Origin: an uncultured bacterium
GTDB taxonomy: Bacteria > Verrucomicrobiota > Verrucomicrobiia > Limisphaerales > UBA8199
Length of the DNA stretch: 64,000 bases
Direction of reading: 5' to 3'
NCBI GenBank assembly: GCA_963749495.1
Contig: CAVVMW010000004.1
Location: 1-64,000 of the forward strand
In this document: piece by piece, positions 42,732-56,256 of the stretch
How the letters are laid out: each line of letters begins with the position of its first letter
Position numbering within the stretch: position 1 is the stretch's first letter
Position numbers and translations under genes: made by a program
Notes under the pieces: model-generated
The model's input: the letters and a program-made list of their open reading frames with translations, nothing else
Databases searched by the model: none
What the model was told of the DNA's origin: nothing

Positions 42732-43310
42732 ATGCACACGAGTCTGAGACTTCCATTCCAGTTTGAACCCGAACGCCTCCAGGCCGACCTGCGCCAAGTG
42801 CTCGCCGAGGAATTCGTGCCCCATTTCAATACCGCCTATTACCAAGGCGATTGGAGCGTGGTCCCGTTTCGCTCCGTCGGCGGGCGCGCCAACCATATCT
42901 ATCCCGATCCCACGACCAAAACGGCTTACGCGGACACACCACTCCTCGCCCGCTGTTCCCACATCCGGCAGGTCCTGGCTTGCTTCCCCTGCCCACAGCA
43001 GGCGGTCCGCTTCCTGCGCCTTAAGGCGGGCTCAATCATCAAAGAACACACCGATTACAACCTGGGCTACGAGGACGGCGAGGTCCGGTTGCACATCCCC
43101 GTCATGACCAACCCGGATGTCGAATTCGTCCTCGACGGGGTCCGCGTTGAAATGAAGGAGGGCGAATGCTGGTACCACGATTTCAATCAACGGCACCGCG
43201 TTGCCAATCGCGGCGCCACCGACCGGGTCCACCTGGTAATTGATTGTGTCGTCAACGACTGGCTGCGGGAGGTGCTATTGACTGCGAATGCCGCGGCGGC
43301 TGCGCGGTGA
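42732..43310 (+). CDS. Aspartyl/asparaginyl beta-hydroxylase family 2OG-Fe(II) oxygenase
   Basis: IKEHTD (HxD), RLHIP, HRVAN...RVHLVID. Confidence 0.88.
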   Translation: MHTSLRLPFQFEPERLQADLRQVLAEEFVPHFNTAYYQGDWSVVPFRSVGGRANHIYPDPTTKTAYADTPLLARCSHIRQVLACFPCPQQAVRFLRLKAGSIIKEHTDYNLGYEDGEVRLHIPVMTNPDVEFVLDGVRVEMKEGECWYHDFNQRHRVANRGATDRVHLVIDCVVNDWLREVLLTANAAAAAR

Positions 43311-43327
43311 TTTCTCGCGCGCAAGGG

Positions 43328-44308
43328 TCAGTGGAACCCCCGGTGCAACCGTTGCGCCTCGAGTTCTTGGTAAGTCCCGTCCAGCCACCTCGCAGCCGCT
43401 TCGCGAACTGCTTGCGTCGCCCCGTCGTTCTTCGCGGCCGTATCATCCTCGAACAGCCACGCCGTGTTCTTGGCATCGAACCGGGATACCTCGAACATCC
43501 TGTCCACCTCTGCCGCCGAACAATCGGCCCCCCAGCACTGCAGCAGCGCGGGCCACACCGCGCCAGGCAATTGCCGGTAGTCGAGCAGCCTGTTCTTTCC
43601 CCCTTGGCTGGACGCCAAGCCCGCTTCGCAAATCGTCGCCAACACTCGGGCGCCATAAACTTGCAGGCCCATCTCGCCGGCCTCTGCCCTGGTCCATCCA
43701 AACAACTCGGGCTCCAGGACACCGGGAATCATCTGGCCGCCTCGGTGGTTCTGTTGCGACATCAGCACTTCCACTGGCCGGCGGTAGAGAAACGCCCACG
43801 GCACACCGGGAAACGCCCGTTGGATCAGGGGCAGGGACAGCGTGTGCCAGCAGTCGAACTTGATGAAGAGATGCTTCTGCTCCGGACGCCTCGTTTGCCC
43901 CAGCGCGCTGACCATCCATTGCAGCCATTTCACCCGCTGCTCCTGGGTGACGGTTGGGTCTCGAAAATGCGACCGGAGAACGGCGTCGATGGGGCCGGCT
44001 TCCGAAATCACGAGGTTCTTCGGCAACCCGGCCAGCATCTGCGAAATCAGCGTCGAACCGCATCGGGACATGTGGAAGATGAACCCGGTTGGCAACAGTC
44101 CCGGGCAGGCCTCGGCCCGTTCCTGAAGCGCATCCATGGTCGTTTGGCGGCGAAAGAGAAGGTTCGCCGGATGGCGCAGCGCCTGGTTAACAGTCTGTTC
44201 GAAGAAAGGGTCCGTGAAGAGAACCTCTCCCAGGTAACCCCAATCCACCATGGGGCGGCCCTGCTGCCAATAAACGCGGATCGGTGTCCAGCCCACAAAC
44301 TGCTTCAT
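43328..44308 (-). CDS. Sulfotransferase-like protein
   Basis: FIFHMSRCGSTL (5'-PSB-like loop), YRRPVEVLMS (3'-PB-like). Confidence 0.8.
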   Translation of the reverse strand: MKQFVGWTPIRVYWQQGRPMVDWGYLGEVLFTDPFFEQTVNQALRHPANLLFRRQTTMDALQERAEACPGLLPTGFIFHMSRCGSTLISQMLAGLPKNLVISEAGPIDAVLRSHFRDPTVTQEQRVKWLQWMVSALGQTRRPEQKHLFIKFDCWHTLSLPLIQRAFPGVPWAFLYRRPVEVLMSQQNHRGGQMIPGVLEPELFGWTRAEAGEMGLQVYGARVLATICEAGLASSQGGKNRLLDYRQLPGAVWPALLQCWGADCSAAEVDRMFEVSRFDAKNTAWLFEDDTAAKNDGATQAVREAAARWLDGTYQELEAQRLHRGFH

Positions 44309-44309
44309 T

Positions 44310-44534
44310 TCAAATCCACCTTTGCAGCCAGGCGCGGCGCGCTTCCTGCACTGCCGCCCGCACGTGCTCCGGGGTGAAAGCACAACCCCGTTGTTGTCCC
44401 AATTCTGCCGCCAGGACCGCGAAACTCTCCAGGCCGGCAGTCTGTCGGAGCTGCTCCAGGAGTTGGTCATCCTGGAGGACAATTTGCCGGAAGCGCTCCA
44501 GCTCCCCGCAGGAGTTCAGAGATGCCGAGTCCAT
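44310..44534 (-). CDS. Nif11-like small protein
   Basis: ELERFRQIVLQDDQLLEQL...LAAELGQQRGCAFTPEHV; stop abuts the sulfotransferase start. Confidence 0.65.
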   Translation of the reverse strand: MDSASLNSCGELERFRQIVLQDDQLLEQLRQTAGLESFAVLAAELGQQRGCAFTPEHVRAAVQEARRAWLQRWI

Positions 44535-44687
44535 TCGCTCGGCATGGTAGATCACTCCCGGAGCTGTGGTCAACCGAAAGGAACCGCCGCGCGAAGCGCA
44601 TCACGACACCGTTCGGTTTGCACCGTGTCGCCCTGAAGATAGCTCCTCCCGCGTGAGAACTGGCAACGCCCCGGGGAGCTGGCTTGG

Positions 44688-44750
44688 GCTTGAGCCGTTG
44701 TCGGTTCTCCTGGGCGCCAACGGTTCGGGCAAATCCAACGTCGCGGGGTT
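44688..44750 (+). pseudogene. 63-bp fragment of an allele of the AAA ATPase (Walker A region)
   Basis: 58/63 identical to 31950-32012; LEPLSVLLGANGSGKSNV. Confidence 0.85.
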
Positions 44751-44812
44751 GTTTTGTTTTGCGGCAACCATGGCTCTCTGCCATCCTGCGGCCTCGGAAT
44801 CTATCATGATTT

Positions 44813-45835
44813 ATGAAGACATCGAGTCTCTGCCGCCGCGCCTTTTTCAGAAAGTCCGCCCTCCTGGGCGCCGCCTGTGCCGCAACGCCGCTGGGCCTGC
44901 GGCCATTGCCGGCCCAACCGCCCTCCCGCCCCAAATCCTCCGCGCCCATCCCGGTCATCCTGGCCACCGACATCGGCGACAACATCGATGACACCTGGGC
45001 CTTGGGTCTGCTGCTCAAGAGCCCGGAGCTGGACCTGAGACTGGTCATGACCGAGTACGGCAAGGCGCGCTACCGGGCGAAATTGCTGGCCAAATTCCTG
45101 CAGGCCACCGGCCATGCCCGCGTGCCGATCGGGGTCGGGCCGGACACCGAACCGCGCGGCGAGGGCGGCCAGGCAGCCTGGGTCAAGGATTACGACCTGG
45201 CCTCCTATCCGGGCAAAGTCCATACGGATGGCATACAGGCCCTGGTGGACACCATCCTGCAATCGAGCCGGCCCGTGACCCTGATCAGCATCGGCCCGAT
45301 GCCCAACGTGGCTGCGGCCCTGGCCCGCGAACCGCGCATCGCCAAACGCGCCCGCTTCGTCGGCATGGATGGCAGCGTCCGCCTCGGTTACGGCGGCTCC
45401 AAAACCGTCTCGGCGGAATGGAACGTCAAGGCCGACATCCGGGCCGCCCGCAAGGTCCTGAGCGCGCCATGGGACATCACGATTACACCGCTGGACACCT
45501 GCGGCCTGGTCACCCTCGAGGGCCCGCGCTACCGGCGCCTCCTCGATGCCATCGACCCCGTCGCCTCGGCCATCGTCCAAAACTACCGCCTCTGGAGCCG
45601 CAGCAACAACACCCAGGCCCAGGCCGAACTCCGCTCCAGCGTCCTGTTCGACACCGTGGCCGTCTATCTCGCCGTCGCCCAGGACCTCTGCAAAATCGAA
45701 CGCCTGCGCCTGCGCGTCTCCGATGACGGCTACACCCTCCTTGACGACCACGCCAAACAGATGAACGTGGCCACCGAGTGGAAAAGCCTCGACGGCTACC
45801 GCGACTTCCTGGCCAACCGCCTGGTCGGGCCGTGA
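44813..45835 (+). CDS. Nucleoside hydrolase family protein with Tat signal
   Basis: RRAFF; TDIGDNIDD, IGPMPNVA, AEWNVKAD, PLD, LFDTVAV. Confidence 0.88.
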   Translation: MKTSSLCRRAFFRKSALLGAACAATPLGLRPLPAQPPSRPKSSAPIPVILATDIGDNIDDTWALGLLLKSPELDLRLVMTEYGKARYRAKLLAKFLQATGHARVPIGVGPDTEPRGEGGQAAWVKDYDLASYPGKVHTDGIQALVDTILQSSRPVTLISIGPMPNVAAALAREPRIAKRARFVGMDGSVRLGYGGSKTVSAEWNVKADIRAARKVLSAPWDITITPLDTCGLVTLEGPRYRRLLDAIDPVASAIVQNYRLWSRSNNTQAQAELRSSVLFDTVAVYLAVAQDLCKIERLRLRVSDDGYTLLDDHAKQMNVATEWKSLDGYRDFLANRLVGP

Positions 45836-46158
45836 TTGAGACCCGCCCTTGAGTGAGTCTCGTGACCTTTGTCGCAACCTTTGTCGGGGCCTTTGTCGAG
45901 AAATAGCCCAATCCGACAAAGGTTGCGACGAAGGCACCTGAAGTCACCCAAAGTCCGGGGCGCGACGGCAGCGGTGGGGTGCGTTCCCGGCCTGAACAAG
46001 GAGCACGTGCGCAACGTCGAAGAGTTGGTGGCAAAATCAACCGCAGAGATCACAAAGAACGCAAAGACAGAAAGAATCGAGGCCTTTCTTTGTGATCTTT
46101 GCGTTCTTTGCGGTTAATTCCGCCACCGGGTCTAAACCAGTGTGTAGCTGTGAAGACA

Positions 46159-46567
46159 ATGAAGGCGCAGAGGTTTGAAGCTTTGGCCGCAATCGCCGCC
46201 GGCAGCCTCCTGGTGATGCTCCCCTCCGGGTGTACCACTCCCAGCGGCGCCCCGGATTATACCGGCACCGGGGGCATTGATCGGAGGCGTTAGCGGGGCG
46301 GGGTTGGGCGCCGCCATCGCCCATAGGAACCCCGGCGTCGGCGCCCTGGTTGGCGGGGCAGCCGGCCTTATCACCGGCGGCCTCATCGGCCATGCCATGG
46401 ACCAGGAGGCCAGGGTGCCGGTCTATGTCCCCGCGCCCCCGCCCCCGCCGGTGTATGTCGCGCCGCCTCCCCCTCCCGCCCCCAGATACGTTTGGCTAAA
46501 CGGCCAATGGGTCTGGAACGGCGCCCAATGGGTCTGGATGCCCGGACACTGGGTCGCGGCGCCGTAA
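46159..46567 (+). CDS. Glycine-zipper lipoprotein with Pro-rich/YXWGXW-like tail, copy 1 (frameshift ~46270)
   Basis: LPSG-C lipobox, GALVGGAAGLITGGLIG, YVWLNGQWVW..WVWMPGHW. Confidence 0.8.
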
Positions 46568-46579
46568 TCCAGGTCCGAT

Positions 46580-47732
46580 TCAGAGGTTCGGCACCAGCCC
46601 TGTGGCCACGGGCGACCCCAGGCCCGTCACGAGGTCGTACCCGGTACCTGCCTGATCGTCCTTGTCCTTCCCATTGCTCCCGCTGGTGATGTCATAGAAA
46701 CAGGCCGAGTTCACAGTCCAAGGAGGGTTCACGCCTGACTTCGCCAGTGAGTAAATGAGGGCATTCGCGCCGCCCAGGCTGGTATTATTCCACTGGTTGC
46801 CCAGCGCAATCAAAGCTGCCCATTGGGGAGCCCCGACACTGGTGCCGCCGACAGAGAAGAAGGAAGAGCCATAGACGATCCCCACGCCGGCGGCTACATA
46901 GCTGACATCCGGCACACCCCGTCCGCTGGTGGGCCAGCCGCTCTTGAACCAACCGACCTGAAATGACGGCAGGCCATATATGGTGCTGATGCCGCCCCCG
47001 CTGCCGGACCAGGCCGTTTCCGCCGCCTTCCGATTGCCAATGGCATCCAGGCGAAGGATCGTTCCGCCCACCGCCACGACGTACGGCGAGGCCGCCGGCC
47101 AGTTGACGGCTTCGCCACTGTCACCGACGGCAGCGATGAAGGTCACGTCAGGCACTTGAAAGTGCCAGTCGTAGCTCATCACGCCGGCGGTGAGCTCAGA
47201 CGTTCCCCAACTCATCGACACAACGCTGGCCCGGGCGGCGACGGCCGCATCCACGGCCCCGAGCAGGTCGCCCAGGTTATCCGATTTGGCCACCGACACA
47301 ACGATGCGGGCGCCGGGTGCGATCGGCATGCGCCCATTCAACGTCCAGACTCGTCTCAATCGCCCAAGGGCTGTCGGCGCCGCTCGGTTGCCCTTGGGGG
47401 TAGATGATGTTGACCGTAGTGGAGGGGAGGTTATAATAAGCGCAGAAAGTGCTCAAGTCCTGGAGCAAAGAGGGGCTGCCATACGCATCCACAATCCCGA
47501 TAGTCTGGCCGCTGCCCGTAACTGGGAGCTGGTCAACTCCATAGGCGTGCCGGATCTGCCCGGGTGAGTAGCCCTTCACTGAATTGGGGGAGCCGTCCAC
47601 GTGCAGCGGGGGCCGCCCATGGCCGGGTCGCAACGGACCGCCGACCTGCAAGAGTTGTGCCGTGCCGGCGTTGGTGAAAGCCAGGACCAGGCTCGAAGCG
47701 AGCCAGCCTGTGCGGAGTAGAGTGACCTTCAT
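46580..47732 (-). CDS. S53 (sedolisin-like) serine peptidase (frameshift ~47330)
   Basis: GIVDAY, ETSLDVEWAH, SMSWG, GDSG, VAVGGT, RGVPDVS, GGTS, GYDLVTGLGSP. Confidence 0.88.
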
Positions 47733-47861
47733 ATACGTACTATGTCCTTTCTGTGAATGTCTGGTTGCGGTTATTTTGGAGCGTGTCAACATGGAACAAA
47801 ATCCTCGTTGCGCCGAGGCCTGGAGTATTCGGGTGGGGCAGTCTCGACATGCGCTGGCGCC

Positions 47862-49089
47862 TCACTGCCTGGTGAGTACCGCGCCACCACCTCCGGGCAT
47901 CGCCGGGATGTAGAACAGCGCGCCGACGTTCGTTTGGTCAATGTGGCTGAGGATAATCCTGCCGTTCAGAGGCCCGCCGGACTGGGTCGGTGAAAGAAAG
48001 CGCGCCTCTGTGCCGGAATAGGAGACAAGCGACAGGTTTGCCGCCCAAGGCGGGTTTCCGCCGACGGCGAACGTGGCGCCGAACACCCGGTTGCTGTTGC
48101 TGACGCTCAATCGGACAACGGAGGTATTCGTCCCGTAGGGATTGGGGAAAGCCATTACTACGGCTCCCTGCCAGTTACCCTCGAGCCAGTCCATTCCACT
48201 GGCGCCCGTTTCCTGAACCCTAAGAAAGCCCTGGGAATTCGTGGAGAAAAAGAACTCCCCGACACCTCCGCCCGTTCCCTCCACCAAGCCGCCGGTGGAT
48301 GTCCAGCCGCCAAGCAGATTGGAAGCAGTCTGGACCTGGTAGGCTTGATTGGTGGTGGTGGGCCAACCGACATAGACCGCCCGCGCGATGCTCGGCAGTC
48401 GCCCGGTGCTCACCTGGCCATCCCAAGCCGCGTAAAGGCCAATGCCGAGATATGTCGTCAGCACCTGGCTGCGGGCATCTGCCGGGGCGATGTCAACCAC
48501 AGAACAGAGGTTCCAGGCTTGATAGAGGTTAGTAACCCCGGCGAAAATAGGATGCGTGGAATTAGTGACGGCGAAGACCCCGTCGCTTCCCACGCCGATA
48601 TTCGTGAAGGCCAGCCCAAAGGCCGTCAGGAACGTGTTCCAGTTGCCGGCGTCCTCCCCGCTTCCGCCACCGTACACGTACACGCTCCCGCCGGCGTTGA
48701 CGTAGTCGATCAGCACGTTGTTGTCCACCACGGGGAGGCCCAGAAACACCGCATCGAAATTCAGCAAGTTTGACACGGTGAACGGAGTCGAGGTAGTGAC
48801 GGTCCACGAGTTCCCTGCGGTCGTCATCGCGGCTGCCAGCGCCTTGCCAGTCAAGCCCAATTGGTCCGAGTAGGCCAGAAACGTTCCTGCCCTGCCCCGC
48901 GAGAACCACGCCGCCACGTTCGCCGCAAATCGCGCTGCGTCAGGGGCCTGTTGAAAGCCGTAATCCGAGAGGGTCCAGTCGTCGTTCGCAACGGCTATTC
49001 GACCAGCGCCCTCGGCTCGAGATCGAAAGGGCGACAACACGCAACACGAAGCCAGCACCGCGATCCACGCCATTTGGATTGATTGATGT

Positions 49090-49097
<8 letters not shown>
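47862..49097 (-). CDS. Secreted hypothetical protein
   Basis: Signal peptide; GRIAVANDDWTLSD domain; internal W...YQVQ..SNL..W..FLRV module. Confidence 0.7.
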
Positions 49098-52567
<3,470 letters not shown>

Positions 52568-52706
52568 GGAGCCCTTATATCGCTTTCCAAACGATAATGC
52601 GACATTCCCGGGCGAAAACGGTCACACGCGGAACGATATGATTACAGAGGGCTTCCCGTGGGAAGGCACGCGGTCTGAAGCAGGGCGACGGACCGGCGCG
52701 AGAACG

Positions 52707-53258
52707 CTAACGGGATCCACGACTCGCTGGCCCCAGGCTCTGGCGAATCTGCCGGTAGAGCCAGGCCTGAGAATACTCCCAGTAGCGGCGAACCGTCTTT
52801 TCCGACAATCCCAACGCTTCCGCGGTCTCTTGATGACTGAACCCGACAAAGAACCGCAACTTCACTACCTCAGCTTTGGCGGGGTCTTCCCGAGCCAAAG
52901 CATCCAAGGCCTCATTCACCAGGAGCAGACGATCCTCGGGATCCGGCAGCGGAGGGTCGACCGTTTCCAGGTCCACCCTCTGCCAATTAGCGCCACGCTT
53001 GGCGCGGTGCTTCCGGCGGGCGTTTTCCACCAGAATCCGCCGCATCGCCTCGGCGGCGGCGGCAAAAAAGTGAGCTCGGTTCTGCCATTGGTTCTCGCCC
53101 GAACGTATCAGACGCAGATAGGCCTCGTGGACAAGAGCCGTGGCCTGCAGGGTCTGTCCGGCCGATTCCCGCGCCATCCTCTGAGCTGCCAGTTGGCGCA
53201 GCGCCGCATAGACCTGCGGCAGCCAATCTTCGGCTGATGAGCACGAGTGCATGACCAT
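52707..53258 (-). CDS. ECF sigma factor (Planctomycetes/Verrucomicrobia kinase-associated type)
   Basis: LPQVYAALRQLA, TLQATALVHEAYLRL, HFFAAAAEAMRRILVENAR, LRFFVG. Confidence 0.92.
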   Translation of the reverse strand: MVMHSCSSAEDWLPQVYAALRQLAAQRMARESAGQTLQATALVHEAYLRLIRSGENQWQNRAHFFAAAAEAMRRILVENARRKHRAKRGANWQRVDLETVDPPLPDPEDRLLLVNEALDALAREDPAKAEVVKLRFFVGFSHQETAEALGLSEKTVRRYWEYSQAWLYRQIRQSLGPASRGSR

Positions 53259-53297
53259 GCCTCTCCAGGGTTGCGTTTCATGGGGAGCTTGTCAAGG

Positions 53298-53685
53298 ATG
53301 CGTGCGCAGCACGTCGCCGGCAGCCTCCTGGTAATGCTCCCCTCCGGGTGTACCACTCCCAGCGGCGCCCCGGATTATACCGGCACGGGGGCATTGATCG
53401 GAGGCGTTAGCGGGGGGGGGGTTGGGCGCCGCCATCGCCCATAGGAATCCCGGCGTCGGCGCCCTGGTTGGCGGGGCAGCCGGCCTTATCACGGGCGGCC
53501 TCATTGGCCATGCCATGGACCAGGAGGCCAGGGTGCCGGCCTATGTCCCCGCGCCCCCGCCCCCGCCGGTGTATGTCGCGCCGCCTCCCCCTCCCGCCCG
53601 CAGATACGTTTGGCTAAACGGCCAATGGGTCTGGAACGGCGCCCAATGGGTCTGGATGCCCGGACACTGGGTCGCGGCGCCGTAG
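53298..53685 (+). CDS. Glycine-zipper lipoprotein, copy 2 (frameshift in G10 run ~53412)
   Basis: 53315-53685 nearly identical to 46197-46567. Confidence 0.75.
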
Positions 53686-54210
53686 CCCGAAGCCGGGGTG
53701 AGTGGCATTCCCTCTGTAGTGCATCCCACGGCTTCCGTAGAGCGGCTGGCAGAATTAACCTGGAAGCTCCGATCCCAGACCTTTGTCGCAACCTTTGTCG
53801 CGGCCTTTGTCGAGGCATGGGCAACCCGACAAAGGTTGCGACAACGGTTGCGACAAAGGCCCGGACTCGCGGCGCTCGTGGAAACAGGTGCTACACCCAG
53901 CGCCTTGTTGCACCAAACAGTTTAATTTTGCCAGCCGCTCTTAGCGCCCGTGCGAGAATTAATTCCGATTTTCCTCTCCGCGGACCCAGCCAAAGCGCGG
54001 GAATGCCGCGCGCTCCAGACGCTTCGCGACTTCTCCCGCGCATCCCTCCTTCGCGAAGCGTTTGGAGTGCGGCGCATCCCGCGGCTCTTAAAGCCAATCG
54101 GGTTTCAAAATGTCAGAATTACCCCTCAATCTCGGCGTTTATTGTTCCACGAGCTATTGCCTCGGCGTTGAGGGAATTTGTGCCGCTGTCGAAATTGATG
54201 GCGGAGCAAA

Positions 54211-55893
54211 TTATATCGGCAGATGGTGTTGGTGGTGGCCTTTTTCCTTGGCCTTCGGGGCTTTCTTGAAGGTGTCGTCCAGGGCGGCGGAGGTGGAAGG
54301 GCGCTCGATGGGTTTGCCTTCCATCAGTTCCTTGACGGTGCGGAGTTGAAGCCGTGGGTATTGCTGCTTGTTGGTCTTGTGCTCGTAAAATCCGCTGCTG
54401 ACTGCTTCGGTGACCATCTCACGGGTGGGCGGCTGGAGGGAGATGAGGACACCCATAGCCGCCTTCTCACGCTCGAGCACCCCGCGCAGGTCTCGGACGT
54501 CTTTGACACCGGTTTTGCCGCCTTTGACCTGGATGATGATCTGCTCGGGCTTGGGGTCCCGTGGATCGTCTCGGAATAAAATCTTGCCGTCTATGCCACG
54601 GTCGGCGCCTTTCTTCTGCTCGACTGGACGGGCACCCACCAAACCGAGAGCCCACCATTGGAATTGGAACTTGTCCTGCTCGGCCAGGACGTAGGCTTCG
54701 TTGGGAGTGGTCGGTTCGCCAATGGTGATGATTTCAATCTTGTCGCCGTAGGTGTCCCGCAGCCGGTTCTTGATGAGCGATGTGGCCAGTTGGGTGATGT
54801 CGATGCCGATCCATTTGCGACTATGTTTCTCGGCTGCGTCAATCGTGGTGCCGCAACCGCAGAAGGGGTCGAGAACCAGGTCGCCGGGGTTGCTGCTGGC
54901 CTTGATGATGCGCTCAAGCAGGGCGACGGGCTTCTGGGTGGGGTAGCCAAGGCGTTCGGACGCCTGGGAATTGATGGGGGGAATATCCATCACGACATCT
55001 TGCACCATTGCCCCCTCGCTCAGGAAGCGTTTGAAACGTGGGAAACCGCTGCCTTCGCCTGAGCGTGTCTGAGGCCAGTGGATGAATCCGTGTGCGTCGA
55101 GAAGGTCAAGCTTCTCGGTCGTTGACATCACCTTGGCTTTATTAGTCCCAATGATCGATTCCACTGCCTTCAGACTGACCTTCCAGTGACTCCCTTTGCT
55201 TGTTGGATCGAACCCTCGCCAAGGCGCTCCCGAGTCTCCGTGGCGGATTCCCGGTCCCGTCAGGTTATCGTCTGCCCAAAGCTGGCCTCCCGGCCCCTCA
55301 TGAGAGTAGCGAGCGGCGTATTCTTCGGTGTGGGGTACCAGGACCCGATTCCAGACGAAGTTCTCGGAGTTGGCGTAAAACAGGATCGTGTCATGCACGT
55401 CATTCCACCGTATTGCGGCTGAATGGGCGCTGGTTCGTTTCCAGATGATCTCACTTTGAAAGCTCTTTGGTCCAAAAACCGCGTCCAGAAGCAGCTTGAG
55501 ATAATGCGAAGCCGTGGGGTCGCAGTGGAGGTAAAGTGAGCCGGTTGGTTTGAGGACGCGGCGCAATTGGACCAGGCGGGGTGCCATCATGGCGAGGTAG
55601 GCCATCATGTCGTTTTGGCCGAGGAAGGTGCGGAAGGCTTGCATGACTTGGCTGACCTTGCCGGGCTGGGTGACCAGGTCCTGGTACGTTCGCTCGCTCT
55701 CCTGATTCCAGTGCCATGTGTCCTCGAAGGCTTGAATCTGGCTGGCGGCGTCGGTGCCGTCTTTTTCGTGGAAGAAGGCGTTGTAGTTTTGGGCTGAATT
55801 GAAGGGCGGGTCGAGGTAAACGAGGTCAACGGTCTCGTCCTTCAGATACCGCCGCAGGATGTCGAGGTTGTCGCCGTAATAAAGCGTGCCCAT
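54211..55893 (-). CDS. N6A/N4C DNA methyltransferase fused to Mrr-like PD-(D/E)xK domain
   Basis: YLDPPF, GYPTQKP, LDPFCGCGTT; GADRGIDG...IIIQVK. Confidence 0.9.
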   Translation of the reverse strand: MGTLYYGDNLDILRRYLKDETVDLVYLDPPFNSAQNYNAFFHEKDGTDAASQIQAFEDTWHWNQESERTYQDLVTQPGKVSQVMQAFRTFLGQNDMMAYLAMMAPRLVQLRRVLKPTGSLYLHCDPTASHYLKLLLDAVFGPKSFQSEIIWKRTSAHSAAIRWNDVHDTILFYANSENFVWNRVLVPHTEEYAARYSHEGPGGQLWADDNLTGPGIRHGDSGAPWRGFDPTSKGSHWKVSLKAVESIIGTNKAKVMSTTEKLDLLDAHGFIHWPQTRSGEGSGFPRFKRFLSEGAMVQDVVMDIPPINSQASERLGYPTQKPVALLERIIKASSNPGDLVLDPFCGCGTTIDAAEKHSRKWIGIDITQLATSLIKNRLRDTYGDKIEIITIGEPTTPNEAYVLAEQDKFQFQWWALGLVGARPVEQKKGADRGIDGKILFRDDPRDPKPEQIIIQVKGGKTGVKDVRDLRGVLEREKAAMGVLISLQPPTREMVTEAVSSGFYEHKTNKQQYPRLQLRTVKELMEGKPIERPSTSAALDDTFKKAPKAKEKGHHQHHLPI

Positions 55894-55900
55894 GTGCGCG

Positions 55901-55929
55901 AGTGTAGCCGGGTTGCCGCCGGGAATCAA
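55901..55929 (-). promoter_or_regulatory. Sigma70 promoter of the MTase, probably leaderless
   Basis: TTGATT-17 nt-TACACT, 7 nt before ATG. Confidence 0.6.
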
Positions 55930-55999
55930 TGGCTCGTTGCAGCTCCCCCAATTCCCTCAACGCATGCTTCACCTCCTCACACGGGGGCCGCTTTCGAGC

Positions 56000-56256
56000 T
56001 TTGTCCCGGAGGGACATCCCGAGAATAGCCCGGCGCTTCAGCGCCGGGTACGGCACCCACAGAACGTGCGTCCCGAAGGGACGCTTGAAGCTCAACCCAC
56101 GGGAGCGGCGCTCATGAATGCTCAAAGCGCAGCGCAACCAGGAGCAGAGGGATGACAGGGGACCGATTCAGCCGTCCCTTCGGGACGGAGGCAACTAAAC
56201 TGCTCCTCCCGGCGCTAAAGCGCCGGGCTACTGTCGGGCTGTCCCTCCGGGACAAC
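56000..56256. repeat. Palindromic element family B
   Basis: Matches 11234-11428. Confidence 0.8.
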
